Below are positions 39,923 to 58,325 of a stretch of DNA of 64,000 nucleotides, piece after piece. The DNA lies in contig OZ231126.1 in assembly GCA_965153355.1 (NCBI GenBank), positions 15,376,001-15,440,000 on the forward strand, written 5' to 3'. The position numbers and the translations under genes are program-made. Positions within the stretch are counted from its first letter, which is position 1. Each line of letters starts with the position of its first letter. This DNA comes from Flaccisagitta enflata (taxonomy: Eukaryota). The notes under the pieces were generated by a model. The model did not search any database and was not told the DNA's origin. It saw only the letters and a program-made list of their open reading frames with translations.

Positions 39923-40992
39923 TCGTTTGCCGTCGACGACAGGTGAACGATTTTTTGAAAAGCGAAAGGACGAAGAGACGAACCGTATCTCCCTATGGGG
40001 AGGGGAAGAGCAGAAAGGGACGGAAGAGGAAATGCGGATAAGAGGTCAAAACTTGAAAAAAATAATTGAAAAAACTCTAGCTTATAGTTGCGGACACGCC
40101 ACCCTTAAAAAGGCTTTGTCCGTCCGTTGGTCGGTCCATTCGCGGGCAAAAACGTGCATTTTTGATGATGCAGTTGGGATCGTTTTTAGATGCGTCCGTC
40201 AGGAACGCATCTCTATAAGAGGGTCTGTCCTTCCGTCCGTCCGTCCGTTCGTCGGTCTGTATGTCCGTTACGCAAGTGCAAAAACTGCGTTTCTCGATTG
40301 TTTTTGGCCACTGTGAGATCCCACACTGAAACAAATTATCAACCAACATGTTTTGACAGCCTCCTTTACCACTTAGTTGTTTCACCCGTCTGTTCGTCCA
40401 TCTGTCTCTCCATATATGTCACATGATCCATACACGCAGAGAAACGGCCCGGACGCATCGTTGCCCGGTCGGGCTTGTTGTATTTAAGTATGTGTCAGTT
40501 AGGGGAAGGTGTGAATGGGTCCGCTACGATATTGTGACCCCGCGTCACATGTTCTTTTCAGGACTTATTTGTACTATTTTTAAGATTTGTCACGGCTGAT
40601 TTCGGATGTTTGCTTGTTTTTATTTTTCGAAATTTTGTATTGCGCGATATTGGCTGCCAAAAAGGTTTCGGAGCATTATGGTGCGACCACATAACAGCCC
40701 CCGCCCCTACCCCCGCCCACTGCCCCTGCCCACCCGCATCACCACCCCTGCCCACCCGCAAGCGACTATCTAAGGGCCGTGTATCCGGCCTTGTTATTTT
40801 TTTGCAGGCCAATGCTTCATTTGGTGCTGTTGCCCAAAAGCTACAATGGCGAAGAACAAAGCTTCTAAAAGATTCATCGAACGGAGCACCACCTTAAAAT
40901 TGTTCAAAAACAACGGAGGGTTAAAAAGTTGCAACCTTTCCTCTCTCATGTAAAGCAAATAAAGACACTTTTCCCAATTTCGATAAGAACTT

Positions 40993-41227
<235 letters not shown>

Positions 41228-41466
41228 ACACACACACACACACACACAACGAAAGTAAATTGTCTCAAAGATGAATGGAATCTTTAGAAAGTACAAAGCG
41301 AAATTTTGCACAATCACTACAGACACAAACGGGAGAGAGATTATCATAATAACAGTAATGATAGAGTATCACTGATTTGACTTTGGTGATGAAGAGAACC
41401 TATTGATCCGGCGCAGCGAACGAACTGCGTCTAGATGCTGCCGCGAAAAACAGTTCAGACACTCTA

Positions 41467-42814
<1,348 letters not shown>

Positions 42815-43741
42815 TAGACACGCGCTGGAAATGACAATGATGAGACAGAGAAAACGTGAGAAGAACTAGAACCAGGTTTCTTGCGCGGGTTACAATGACC
42901 TGAAGAAAGCGCACAGTAGATGCCGTCTACACTTGGAAGTATGGGGAGCTCATGCTCATAACATAAGTACAAAAAAAGAAGATTGATAAATTTAAGCAAA
43001 ATTAGTGATACTTATAGTTTGATAGGTTTACAATAGGCTTTTGCTCCTTCTTTGGCATGCTCAAGAAATGAAAATTGTTTCGTTCAAAATTTTACAATTT
43101 CTAATACTTGGAAAAAAAATAATACAACTAATAATAAAAACAAATCAACAAGTGAAATTGCATCATTCCATAATGAGATTGCTGCAGACGCTTAAAATTG
43201 TTCAGCAAAATTTAAGTCTCTATATTTATCTTATTTCAAAGCAGAGGAAAAAATAATGAAAACTTTAGAATTAAATTTCCCGTCAGCTTTTAGTTCTCTC
43301 TTTTTAATTTCCATAGACCAGCAATGATAACTGAAACTATCATAGTTCTTTTGAAAATGAATGAAGTTTTATCATTGAATGATCACTGTTTTGGTAAGAA
43401 ATCAAACCATAAAAACACCGTGCTAAATGATGTCAATGCAAAACCAGTTTATGATACAAACTCAAAATCAAAATCATTATAAATCACAGGATAACCAAAA
43501 CCAAATACAAAAACCACAAGCTTAAACCATGGATGTGTTCAATCAAGTTAAAGGTGGTTTTGATCAAGTGATCTGTCATACTGCATTATTAATCCTTCTA
43601 AGTATAAACTTATACATTTCAGATCAGTTTCTTTGCATAATCTGAAATTAAGATATATGAGCGTATTTTCAACTCTAGACAACCTTCACTGTACTACTCA
43701 GTCTACACGCTGGCAACATGCCAACGCAACTAGGAAGAGAA

Positions 43742-43855
<114 letters not shown>

Positions 43856-45937
43856 GAGACAGAGAGACAGAGACAGAGACTGAAAGAGTTACGAGAAAAA
43901 AACGAACTTCCGTCGGCTGCGCGGGATTGTGAATCATTTTTGAGTGGAGGACGGCAAAAACAAGGCCGGATACACGGTTACCCATGTTACGTGCGGGTGA
44001 GGAGGGACAAGGATAGATAAGGCTAAACAAGTATTTGGGCAGGAGCAGTAACGCAAAAACGCCTGTTATCGCTTAAAAACTAAGAATGACTAACTGACAG
44101 ACGGACGGACCAACAGACAGACATAGCGGGTCATAGAGTCGCGTGCACACAATTAAAAAGACCACATGATAAAAACAAGAAATGAAGTAGCCATTCAGAT
44201 CTTCTCTCAGACATTTCATAGGTTTGAAACGCATGTCGTAGCTCTGTCAAATCTGGTAAGTCACACATCCTGTCTACCCTATGTAAGATGAAGAGGTAAA
44301 GAGTAAAGACTAAAGAGACTGTGTTGACTCGTTGAGGTTGTTTGATGCGTTTCTTAGCAGAAAGTATGAATGAATGAATGAATGAATGAATGAATGAATG
44401 AATGAATGAATGAATGAATGAATGAATGAATGAATGAATGAGTTAATGAAAGAATGAATGAATGAAAGAATGAATGAATGAATGAATGAATGAATGAATG
44501 AATGAATGAATGAATGAATGAATGAATGAATGAATGAATGAATGTACGAATGAATGAATGAATGAATGAATGAATGAATGAATGAATGAATGAATGAACG
44601 AACGAACGAAGGAATGAATGAATGAATGAATGAATAAATGAATGAATGAATGACTGAATGAATGAATGAATGAATGAATGAATGAATGAATGAATGAATA
44701 AAAGAAAGGAAGAAAGAAAGAAATTGAAAAACTGAGGAAGGTAAATTGAGGTAAGCGCAACTCTACAGTTGTCCAAGATTCATACAGAAAGACGCACAGA
44801 AATAAAAGAAAAACAGATAAATCAACTTTGTGTTTTTTTTTCTTTTTTTCTTTCTTTTTTTAATGATTCTTTTTATTTGTGTAAGGGGGAATGCGGAGGG
44901 AGAGGGGAAAGGGAGGAGAAGGAAAGATGATCAAATAATTAAGAAGGACTTTTGCGTAGTGTGGTTGGCATGCAGATCAATCTCTGCCCAATGCGATGGA
45001 AGATAAATCGGGATGCTCTATGGAATTGTTTCATGGGCAAAATTGAGAGAGGAAGGGGATAGAGAAAAGGCAGAGATGATGAGCGGAGGCAGAGGGTGAG
45101 AGGGAAGGGAGAGTGAAATGGTGGAAAAGGGGGAGAAAGTAATAATAGGGGGGGAGAAGACAAGGGAATGAATGGGAGGGAGATGAAAGAAGGAGGAGAT
45201 AAAGGTGGAGAAGGAGCACAGGTAAAAGAGACGGTGAAAGGATGGTAGGATGGCAGGATGGCGGGATGGTAGGAAGGAAAGAAAGGAACGCAGGGAAGGA
45301 AGGAAAGGAAGGAGGGACAGAGGGGAAAGATGGGTATTGGGTAAGCATGGACAGGGTAAAAGGTGGGAGCCAGGGAGGGTTGGAAAACTGAACACGGAGT
45401 GAAGAGAAGAGAAGAAGGTGGGAAGGAAGGAGGGAAGGGAGATGAAATGATGGGGAGGGGAGAAAGGAAAGGATAGCTGTTGAGTCTGTTGAGATAGGTC
45501 AGAATGAGAAAGACAGCGGTAAGGTTCATGAAGGACTTTTGATGAAGTTGGAGGCGGAAAATGAGCTTCAGATACTTAATGAGAAAGAAAGTTAAGTGCC
45601 TCTACGGCAGGAAAGGCAAATTAAAAAAGAACATGAGCAACGTAGATCTAACTTCTCGCTACTTTTTGGATACTGCTTAAGTTTTGACTTGGGTTATCTA
45701 AAAATAAATTTCTTTTTGCATGCTAGAATGAATATTTCTAGAATTTTGTCATAAGTTGGTGATCGTCAAGAACGGCCAAAATGCACCTTTCCATGGAGGG
45801 AGTAGGAAGGAGATGAGAGCTTGAGGGCTCTCCTTGATAGGAGGGGAAAAGGAGAAAAGGAGGGCATATGGACATTGGAATGATGGAAAATCAATGGAAC
45901 GTGAAATAAACTGGAAGAGGGAGGGGGGATTAGTAAT

Positions 45938-46088
<151 letters not shown>

Positions 46089-46104
46089 TAGAGATAGAGA
46101 GAGA

Positions 46105-46207
<103 letters not shown>

Positions 46208-47299
46208 TCGATTGTTATCTTAAAAGTTTGATAATAAATGATGTTGGATTGGGTTTTGTGTGTGTTTGGTTGGCGTGGTGGTTTCACTGGTTTGACGTTC
46301 AGCGAATGATGACGTATGAGAACCTCTGATCTCCACATCAATCTCTCCACGCGTCGCGCCTCAGGTTCTCCTCCTCCTCCTCCTCCTCTTTTTCCTCCTC
46401 ATCCTCCTTCTTTCTCGGTATCTTCCTCTGTCTTCTCCTCTATTTCCTCCTCTTCTTCATGTCTGCCCACGCCTGTTGGTCTCCGTATCTCTCCGACCAC
46501 CCCGACCATTATACCATTTGTGGTTTGGGTTTACCCTGACCCAAGGGAAGAAAGGGAGGAATAGAAAGTAGAGGTGGAAAAGAAGAACAAGAACTAGGAC
46601 AAGGAGAAGAACATGAACAAGAACATAAAGAAACAAAAAGAACATAAACATAAAGAACATATACAAAAGTAGAAAAAGATGAAGAAAAAAGGAAGAAGAA
46701 GACGAAGAAAGAAGAAGAAGAAGAAGAAGAAGAAGAAGAAGAAGAAGAAGAAGAAGAAGAAGAAGAAGAAGAAGAAGAAGAAGAAGAAGAAGAAGAAGAA
46801 GGAGAAGAAGAAAGAAATTCGAATCCGTTCACCAAACATCCTCTATGTTCGCATTCACCAACGAACTTGTTCGTACGCACACACGAAATGACACGCACAT
46901 GCGCACACACAAACACGCGCACGCACACAAACACACGCACTCACGCACGAACGGACGAAAGGAGATATGACGATCGTCTCGATTGTCTTGGTCTAGCTCG
47001 GGTCACGCGGCACTCGGACAAGACGCTGGCGATGGGAAACGCCATCGACGATTTGCTGTGACGACTCCACGCAGTTGATGAATCGAAGGCGATAAATACA
47101 CGTCTTCTTCATTCTCGTCCTCTTCTTCCTCTTCCTCTTCTTCTTCCTCTTCTCCGTCTTCCTCCGTTTCCTCTCCCTCTTCCTCCACCTCCTTACGTCA
47201 AAATCCTTTCGTCTTTCCTTTCCTCCTTTCTAACCTCCTTTATGTGTTTAATTGATTACAATGACAGGTGACAGATCGTGAAAACGTGGAAAGAGAGAG

Positions 47300-47416
<117 letters not shown>

Positions 47417-47460
47417 GACAGAGAGAGAGAGAAAGAGAGAGAGAGAAATAGAAAGAAAAA

Positions 47461-47516
<56 letters not shown>

Positions 47517-47517
47517 G

Positions 47518-47620
<103 letters not shown>

Positions 47621-47703
47621 ACAAACGAACGAACCAACGAACGAACGAACGAACGAACGAACGAACGAAAGAAAGAAAGACAGAAAGAAAGAAAGAAAAA
47701 AAA

Positions 47704-47763
<60 letters not shown>

Positions 47764-48034
47764 AAAATCGGCCCTTTGGGGCCGCTGCCCAAAAAGGAGA
47801 GAGTATCTACGGCAGCCAAAAAGGAGTTCACGGGATCATCGGTCGGTAATTTTGTCACTGTTGCATCGTCTCGAGATTCGAGGAGAGATTTCGTTGAGCG
47901 GGAGTCCATTGGCCGATGCATCGGCAATTTCCGGCAGCTTCGGCCAAAACCGGCAACATTTTTGACTCATGGTGTGCCGGAATGGCACTTTGGGGAAGAA
48001 TAAATCTTGTCCCTGCTCATCGATTGGAAATGGG

Positions 48035-48091
<57 letters not shown>

Positions 48092-48754
48092 GAATAATAT
48101 TTGAATGAAAGAATAATTGAAAGACAGAAAGAACGAAACATAAGGTCGCGAACTACAGATGAAACTACAGATGGAAAACTACAGATGCAATGACGGATGA
48201 ATATCAGGCACACGCATCCAACGCGGAAAATAATTTCATCAATATTCAACGAAACGACCAGAAGTAATAAAAACGCCAAAGTAGGTCTAATTTGCATAAT
48301 GAAGTTATTGAATGGATAGGATTTAAAGTGTATCCACGTCATGACTACACTCAGATTTTCAAAAGTACGGAACAAATAATTGTATCGTATGATAGTTAAT
48401 GCTAGACAACAGCGCATTCATTTCATTGACATGTCGACTTTTGTATCTTAGTGCCATACGATACGCAACGTCTTAGGTTCTTACTTTTTTCATAATAACA
48501 AAGAAAATAGCAACTTGATGGAATCTTGTAGCCTGCTAGACACATGACTTACCGCAATGACATCGGAAGGCGATCCTGAAGACCTGAAGCCGTCTTTTGC
48601 TTAACGGTTAGCGACTTAGCGAGGCAAGTCCATGGGAGTTTGTGGACTGATTAAAAACCCGCATGTAAAACGCTCGAATTGGAAACGCCCAAGCGGTGCC
48701 GCAATGAACAGCAATTGGAGACCCTCATTCTTTGCTTTAATTTGCTTTTCATTT

Positions 48755-48842
<88 letters not shown>

Positions 48843-48854
48843 TTTTCTTTTTTT

Positions 48855-48910
<56 letters not shown>

Positions 48911-49064
48911 TCACGGCTTAGTCACTACAGTTTAACAATCTAATTTTGTATTACCGTAGCAAAAATCATTCATTTTGTAAGCCATGAAATAAGCTAGGGA
49001 GGATTTAGGAGAAAATTATTCCATAATCAAAACGTGAAGAGACAAAAGAGGTAGAATTTTTAAG

Positions 49065-49115
<51 letters not shown>

Positions 49116-49119
49116 AAAA

Positions 49120-49159
<40 letters not shown>

Positions 49160-49231
49160 AAATAAGAAAGAAAGAAGGAAAGAAAGAAAGAAAGAAAGAA
49201 AGAGACAGTAAGAGGAACGAGGACACGGACA

Positions 49232-49565
<334 letters not shown>

Positions 49566-50064
49566 CAATATGAGACAGAAAATGAGAGAATGAGAGCAAT
49601 AGTATATATAAACCGAGAATGAACGAGAGAATAATATTCCCGCTAAACACCAAACAACGAGAAAGGAAAAAGTAATCGTTGGGTGCAGGTGCTAAGTGAG
49701 AGTTCAGCGGGAGTGGAGGTGCAACTCGAGTTGGCTGTTACGAAAATTTACTACGTGTGTACGCAATTATCTTTTTTTTTTCATCCTTTTCCATTTTGTC
49801 CCTTGGAGAAGTTAGGAGAAAAAAAAAATTCCGATTCGATTCCAAGCTCACCTTGCTTTGCTCTTATTCTTTTACTAATTCTTTTCTTTTCTTTTTTTCC
49901 TTTTTTTTCGTATTCTTTTTCTCATTCATTCTTTCCATTTTTCGTTTTTCCTTTTACTTTATTTCTTGATTTTTTTTCTTTCTTTCCTTCTCTCTCTCTT
50001 TCTTCCTTTCTCTCTCTCTTTGTTTCTTTCTTTGTTTCTTTCTCTCTTTCTCTCTTTCTTTCTT

Positions 50065-50127
<63 letters not shown>

Positions 50128-50196
50128 CTCTTTCTTTCTTTCTTTCTTTCTTTCTCTCTTGATTATTTTCTTTCTCTTTTTTATTCTTTCTTTCAT

Positions 50197-50279
<83 letters not shown>

Positions 50280-50296
50280 GTCTTTCTGTCTTTCTG

Positions 50297-50330
<34 letters not shown>

Positions 50331-50430
50331 TTTCATTCTTTCTTTCTTCCTTTCATTCTTTCTTGCGTGCTTTCTTTCTTTCTTGCTTTCTTTCTTGCTG
50401 TCTTTATCTTTTCTTCTCTTATTTCTTTCT

Positions 50431-50606
<176 letters not shown>

Positions 50607-50654
50607 TCGTTCTTCCTTTCTGTCTTTCATTCTTTTTCTTTTTTCTTCCTTCCT

Positions 50655-51876
50655 TTTTTGGGCAGCGTCCCCAAAGGGGTCAATGACCTATGCTTTCACT
50701 CATATGGGAAACTTTCTCCTTCTTCTTCTTCTCCTCCTTCTCCTCCGCCCCCCCCCTCGAGGCTCAAATCCTAGTCTCGAGGCCCAAATCCTAGTCTCGA
50801 GGCCCAAATCCTAGCCTTGAGGCTCAAATCCCAGCCTCGAAGCTCAAATCCCAGCCTGGAGGCTCAAATCTTAGCCTGGAGGCTCAAATCCCAGCCTGGA
50901 GGCTCAAATCCCAGCCTACGGGCTCAAATCCTAGCATGGAGGCTCAAATCTCAGCCCCCAGGCTCAAATCCCAGCCTCAAGGCTCAAACCCCAGCCTCAA
51001 AGCTCAAACCCCAGTCTTGAAGCTCAAATCCCAGTCTCCAGGCTCAAATCCCTGCCTTGAGATTCAAATCCGAGCCTTGAGGCTCAAATCCCAGCCTTGA
51101 GGCTCAAATCTCAGCCTTTTTGGGCAGTGGCCCCGAAGGAGACGATGTCCTGTAGAACAAAGGGGACTTTTGTTTGTGCGTTTGTCCGTTTGTCCGTTCG
51201 CCCCCCACTCCCCACTGCCATTTCAATTTCCCATACTTTTTGATGGGAAGTCTACATCTTTTCATTTTTTTATCAATTTTCCATGTTATTCAATAGGAAT
51301 TCTTCATTTTTTTCATTTATTTGTCAATTTCCTTTGTTATTCAATGGGAATTCTCCCATTTTTATCATTTTCTCATCAATTTTCCTCATCATTCAATAGA
51401 AACTTTTGCATTTGTCATTTTTGCATCCATTCTCAATGTTACTCAATGTAAATTATTGAAATTTTCATTTTTTTGTGAATTTCTTATGTTATTCAATGGT
51501 GCAACAGTGCTCCCAAACCCAATTAAGGAGAAGTACCCCTGTGTTATACAGGACATTGTCCCCTTCGGAGCCGCTGCCCTGCTAACCATCACCTTCATTG
51601 ACAAACATACAAAGCAGGGCAACAGGTATCGCTCAATTCCCAGCATCTAGACTCAAATCCCAGCCTCAAGGCTGAAATACCAGCCTCGAGGCTCAAATCC
51701 CAGCCTTGAGGCTCAAATCCCAACCTCCAGGCCCTAATTCCAGCCTTGAAGCTCAAATAAAAACAGCATAGGTCATCGGACCCTTCGGGGCCGCTGCCCC
51801 TCTAACCACCTCACGTCCACATACACTGACATAGGGGCAACGGGTACCGCTGACTATCTGACGCTTTTGCAATTAT
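50655..51876 (+). mobile_element. HINE family 3 with 21-bp satellite (GAGGCTCAAATCCCAGCCTY) interrupted by a nested family-3 element (51119-~51630), copy B only
   Basis: The 21-bp array runs 50759-51117 and resumes at ~51632 after the nested tttgggcagtggcccc...gccgctgccctgc element. Confidence 0.82.
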
Positions 51877-51891
51877 TTTTCTTTCTTTTTT

Positions 51892-51927
<36 letters not shown>

Positions 51928-51971
51928 TTTTTCTTTTTTTCTTTTTTTCTTTTTTTCTTTTTTTCTTTTTT

Positions 51972-52062
<91 letters not shown>

Positions 52063-52519
52063 GTTTTTCTTTTCTTCCTTTTCTTCTTTCTTTCATCGCT
52101 CTGAGTTTACCTGAATTGTTTCTTTTCTTTTTAGTTGCGGACACGCAACTCTATAACTATAAGAGGCTTTGCCCGTCCATTGGTCCGTTGGTCCGTTGGT
52201 CCGTTGGTCCGTTGATCCGTCAGTCCGTCGGTCTGTGGTGATCTTGTTGTATGTTTGTGTATAAAGTGGGGTTTGGGGTGTGGATGGGGGCTGGATGCCC
52301 CTGCCCACCCGTCCGCAACGATGTTGTGACCCCGCGTCACTTGTTATGTTTTACTATCTACTATACTGTTTCTTTCTCCTTTTTTCATCCAGTTGCTATT
52401 TTATTTTGATGAACGGTTAAAGCATTCATCCAACTCCAAGTTCCATCACAGAAAAAAAAGCAAGAATTTATCACCAAAACTGTTTAATACGATGCATCCA
52501 ATTTTCGAACAATGAATCG

Positions 52520-52623
<104 letters not shown>

Positions 52624-52647
52624 AGAGACAGAGAAAGAGAAAGAGAA

Positions 52648-52939
<292 letters not shown>

Positions 52940-52957
52940 AGAGAGAGGGTGGGAGAG

Positions 52958-52996
<39 letters not shown>

Positions 52997-53375
52997 CAGA
53001 CACACAGACAGACAGACAGAGAGTAAGAAAGAAAGAAAGAAAACAAGAATGAAAAAAAGAAAGAAAGAACGAAAAAAGAAAGAAAAACAGACAGACAGGC
53101 AAACAAACAGAGAGAAAGAAATGATTGAAGAATGGTAGGAATGGTGGGTAGGAAAAAAGGAAGGAAAAAAGTAAGAAAGATAAAGAGTAAGAAAGAGAGG
53201 AAAAAGAAAGAAAGAGACAAAAAAGAAGAAAGAAAAAAGTGAAGAAGAAAAGAAAGAAGAAAGAAAGAAGAAAGAAGGAAAGAAGGAAGACCGAGAGTAT
53301 AATAGTAAGAATGAGAGAAAGAAAGAAAAAAAAGAAAGAAAGAAAGAAAGAAAGAATGAAAGAAAGAAATAAAAA

Positions 53376-53499
<124 letters not shown>

Positions 53500-53597
53500 A
53501 AAAAGAAAGAAAGAAAGAAAGAAAAAAAGAGAGAAAGAGAGAAAGAAAGAAAGAAAGAAAGAAGTAAAGAAAGAAAGAATGAGAGAATGAAAGAAAG

Positions 53598-53660
<63 letters not shown>

Positions 53661-54373
53661 GAAAAACAAAAGAAAGAAAGAGAGAGTGAAATGAATAAAT
53701 GGATGATCTTGGAATCGGGAAAGAAATAATGGAAGAGAAAGATGTGACTGTAAAGAAGTACAGTTAAACCCCTCTATAATGGATCCAACCATAACGGAAA
53801 TCCGCCTATAACCAATCTAAAAACTTGGTCTCTTCATGTAATTATCTTTTATTTTCTTTGTTGGCAATAGTAAAATCTGCCTATAGTAGATAAGATTTAT
53901 ATGTACGTTGACATCCGTTATTGGGGGGTTTAACTGTATAACTAGCCTGATCGGGCAACTCGATGCGGCAACCACGCGATTTTCAAAGAGGCATAACAGA
54001 CCGACATAAGGAGAGACAGACAGATGGACGGGTGGATGGACACTCTCTTGTATAGATACGATTACGCATCTAAGAATTGAATTTAATCATATGCTCGAAT
54101 GAACGAATGAATGAATGAATGAATGAATGAATGAATGAATGAATGAATGAATGAATGAATGAACCAATGAATGAATGGATGGATGAAGGAATGAATGATT
54201 GAATGAATGAATAGATAAATGAATGAATGAACCAATGAATGAATGGATGGTTGAATGAATAAATGAAACGAGTTTGGACGACGAATGTGAGAGGCGGAAC
54301 GATGGGAAAAGATCCAGAGAAAAAAGGGTTACCCAGGCCAGGGTTACATGTTATAACCCTAGCCTGGGTTACT

Positions 54374-54685
54374 TTTTTAGTCGCGTGCACGCGACTCTAC
54401 AACCCGCTTTGTCCGTCGGTTGGTTGGCAAGCATTCAAATTGTGGAGAAGTGGGAAGCGGCGCTTCTCGGAAATGTTTGAAATCTCTTCAATATTCTTAT
54501 ACAAAATCCTCCATATGCTTTCCATATGCTTCTCGGAAGCTCGGAAAAATTTAAAACCCTGTTGGTTGGTCGCTCGGTCGGTCGGTTGGTCACATTTTCC
54601 TTTTTTTAATGATTTTATTTTTTTGACCCCACTGCTCCTGCCCAAATGGTCTGGTGACTTCGGTAGCCGTGATTCTGGCCTTGTT
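54374..54685 (+). mobile_element. HINE family 1 with internal insert, copy B only
   Basis: ggttacttttt|tagtcgcgtgcacgcgact...gccgtgattctggccttgtt|tcttt; copy A has an uninterrupted T-rich site at 29877-29902. Confidence 0.82.
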
Positions 54686-55021
54686 TCTTTTTGTATCTGC
54701 GCTTGAGCAGGAGTGAAAAAAAAACAACAAAAAACAAACAAACAAAAAGGCAAGAAGGAGTGATAAAAGATGGCTTGAACAAAGGCAGAAGATTGAAAAC
54801 AAAAATAGTTAAGAAAACCTAAGAAGAGGTGAGAAATATTTAACATCCTGACGAGCAAACGGCGAAAGAAACACAAGTTGATTTCAAAAAGATAATTTTC
54901 ATTTTCACGAAAGTGGGAAAAAAAAATAGGGATCAACGAAATTGAAGAAAGTGAAGCATCATGACCAGGGAGATGATCCTGGAGTAGTCATACTCATCAT
55001 CATCATCATCGTCATCGTCAC

Positions 55022-55069
<48 letters not shown>

Positions 55070-55070
55070 T

Positions 55071-55175
<105 letters not shown>

Positions 55176-55191
55176 GTCATCGTCATCATCG

Positions 55192-55243
<52 letters not shown>

Positions 55244-55422
55244 TTTGTCGCTCTTTCGGGGAAAAAATATAAATGGCGGGCTGTCAGGCTGTCACGCTGA
55301 TAAAGAGATGGGACATGACGAGACAAGTGCGAGTCGTAGAAAAAGAGAGAGTGAACTTGAAAGTTAAATAGTGGGCTGTCAAAAATTGAAGAGACTGACT
55401 AATCAGGAGGAGTGACTTTTGA

Positions 55423-55592
<170 letters not shown>

Positions 55593-55873
55593 AGACAGGG
55601 ACAAGTAGAGAGGGTCCAAGACCAAAAGACAGAAACTTAAGCAGCCGGACCGACACATTGGCCTACACACTAAGTGATAAGAATAGAGTAGGAAACAGGG
55701 ATAGACAGAGAGACATACAGACGAACAAACGGATAGACAGATAGAGAAAGACAGAGCGAGAGTGTTGTCCCATTTCGTCTGGGTTTGATTGATTGGCCGA
55801 CGGTGACATAAAATGTGTTGTTTTCCTCATTAAAATCTCATTAAGATGTGCCTTCGTTTGGGGGAGTCACGGC

Positions 55874-55922
<49 letters not shown>

Positions 55923-56419
55923 CGGGGACTCACAGCAGGAAAAAGTGAAAAAGCTATGAATTGTAAAACTGCTTCTCATCAGACGAGTTCCATTTTTGAG
56001 ACGCGTGCACGCATTTCCAATTTTCTTTGAGTCATCGAGTTTGTTCGGTTGACCAAAATAGTCGGTTAGTCTCAGATCTCCTTCTCCTTCTATAGTCAAG
56101 TGTCAACCTACCCATGTTTTTTAAATGTATCAATTCCTACCCTTTTGAACAATTTTTGAGAAGCATTTCTTAAAGATGAACCAGGAAAAGTATATGATAG
56201 TTCAACTTGGCCGAGTGACATGAATTATGTCATATATTTAAAGCCTTGCAAAGTTGAACTCAAACATTCCCAACTATTTTGTGATAAGTGTTGAATATGT
56301 GAAAAAATGTTTATCAGTACAATGCTTTGATATTGTACTAGCAATAAAGGCGGCTAATCGCCGTAGGAAAAAAGTCGTAAATGCTGGGAGAAAAGGAGAG
56401 AAAGGGAAAAAAAAGTAAA

Positions 56420-56520
<101 letters not shown>

Positions 56521-58179
56521 AAGAAAGAGAGAAACAGAGAGAGAAAGAAAGAGAGACAGAGACAGAGATCGAGAAAGAGATAATGACTGAAAGAAAACAT
56601 AAAAGCTAGCGTCATATTGACTCTTTGTTTAAGTTACATAGGGCCCAAAATTAGAATAAATGAAAAATATTGATCTTTGAAAAAATATAAAAAAATGCAA
56701 AAAAATAAAAAACGATTTGAAAAATCATAGCGCCAAAATTATTAATCGCACAAAATTCTGCTTGACGTCATCTGAAAGAGGAGAATTAACTCTTTACTAG
56801 CTGTAAATTTTATGCGTAGGCTCGTTCGGCCAAAAAAACTTATCAACTTTTTCAAACCACTCACGAGAAAAAGGGAAAACCAAATTCCTCCACAAGTCTC
56901 AAAAAACCGAAGGTATTCTTCGACTTTTTTCCAAATCATCCTTGCTCTGTTTGAGAAGCACGTTTATAGATTCGCTGCAAATCTGGCCTTGTTTAATGGA
57001 CCTTTTTTGGGGAAAATGTCAAACAAAGCTTAACACCAAATGTCTCTAATCTCCCCATGATTTTGAAATATCATTTCTTTTTCCCCTCACTTTGACGGAC
57101 GCAATGAAAAAAAAAAAATACACGCGATTAGAAATGTACCGTATTTTCTCTGTTTATCTCCCTTCCTCTTTTTAGCGCCCCATCCCTTTTTTCATTTCAT
57201 GAAATAGGGTCAGATAAGAAATCAAAGGAGGAATTTTTGAAAAAGTAATCAGATTTTTTATTATTTAGTAATGTTTTCAATGTTTTCTTGTCAATAATCC
57301 TGAGAATTTTACTTAAAATTGAAAAAAAAAAAAACAATACTTATTGTAGCAATCTGTAAAATGAATCATTTTTTCCGCGCTGAGGGAGTGCTTATTATAG
57401 GGTAACATGGCAATAACATTTTTCTATTTCAAAAGCGCCCAGGGCACTAAATAGAGAAAATATGGTACCAATGAAACGGATGAGGTCATCTATTTGTTTC
57501 CACTTTTATTGAGACCAGCGATCAAAATCGTCATCGAGTTACCGCTTTTGTGCCTCCATCTTCGATCGTCTTGACAATCCGGAGGCATTGACGAAAATGC
57601 GCGAGCATCACGGACCAACGGACGGACGGACCAACCAATAAGTGGACAGACGGACGGACAAAGCCTCCTATAGGGTCGCGAGTCCATGAGAAAACTGGAG
57701 AAAAGCAACATGAAGAAGAAGAAGAAGAAGAAGAAGAAGAAGAAGAAGAAGAAGAAGAAGAAGAAGAAGAAGAAGAAGAAGAAGAAGAAGAGGAGGAGAA
57801 GGAGAGAGAAGAAGAAGATGAAGAGGAAGAGTGAGATGAAGAAGAAGAAGAAGGAGAAGAAGAAGAAGAAGAAGAAGAAGAAGAAGAAGAAGAAGAAGAA
57901 GAAGAAGAAGAAGAAGAAGAAGAAGAAGAAGAAGAAGAAAAAGAAGAAGGAGAAGGAGAAAAAAAAAACGAAAACCACGTATCAAATGAACAGCCGGTTA
58001 ATTTGGTGTCAAATCAATTGAAAACAGTTTCCTTGAGTTGCGCGCGGTCAACTGAAATGACGAAAAAAAAGAATTTTCAAAAGATAAAAAAGAAATCAGT
58101 TCATAGCCAAAATACAAAAGACGGAGGCCGCATTTTCAAGAGATGAACGACTACAAATTACTCAGAGAGAAGCACAGGG

Positions 58180-58293
<114 letters not shown>

Positions 58294-58294
58294 C

Positions 58295-58325
<31 letters not shown>
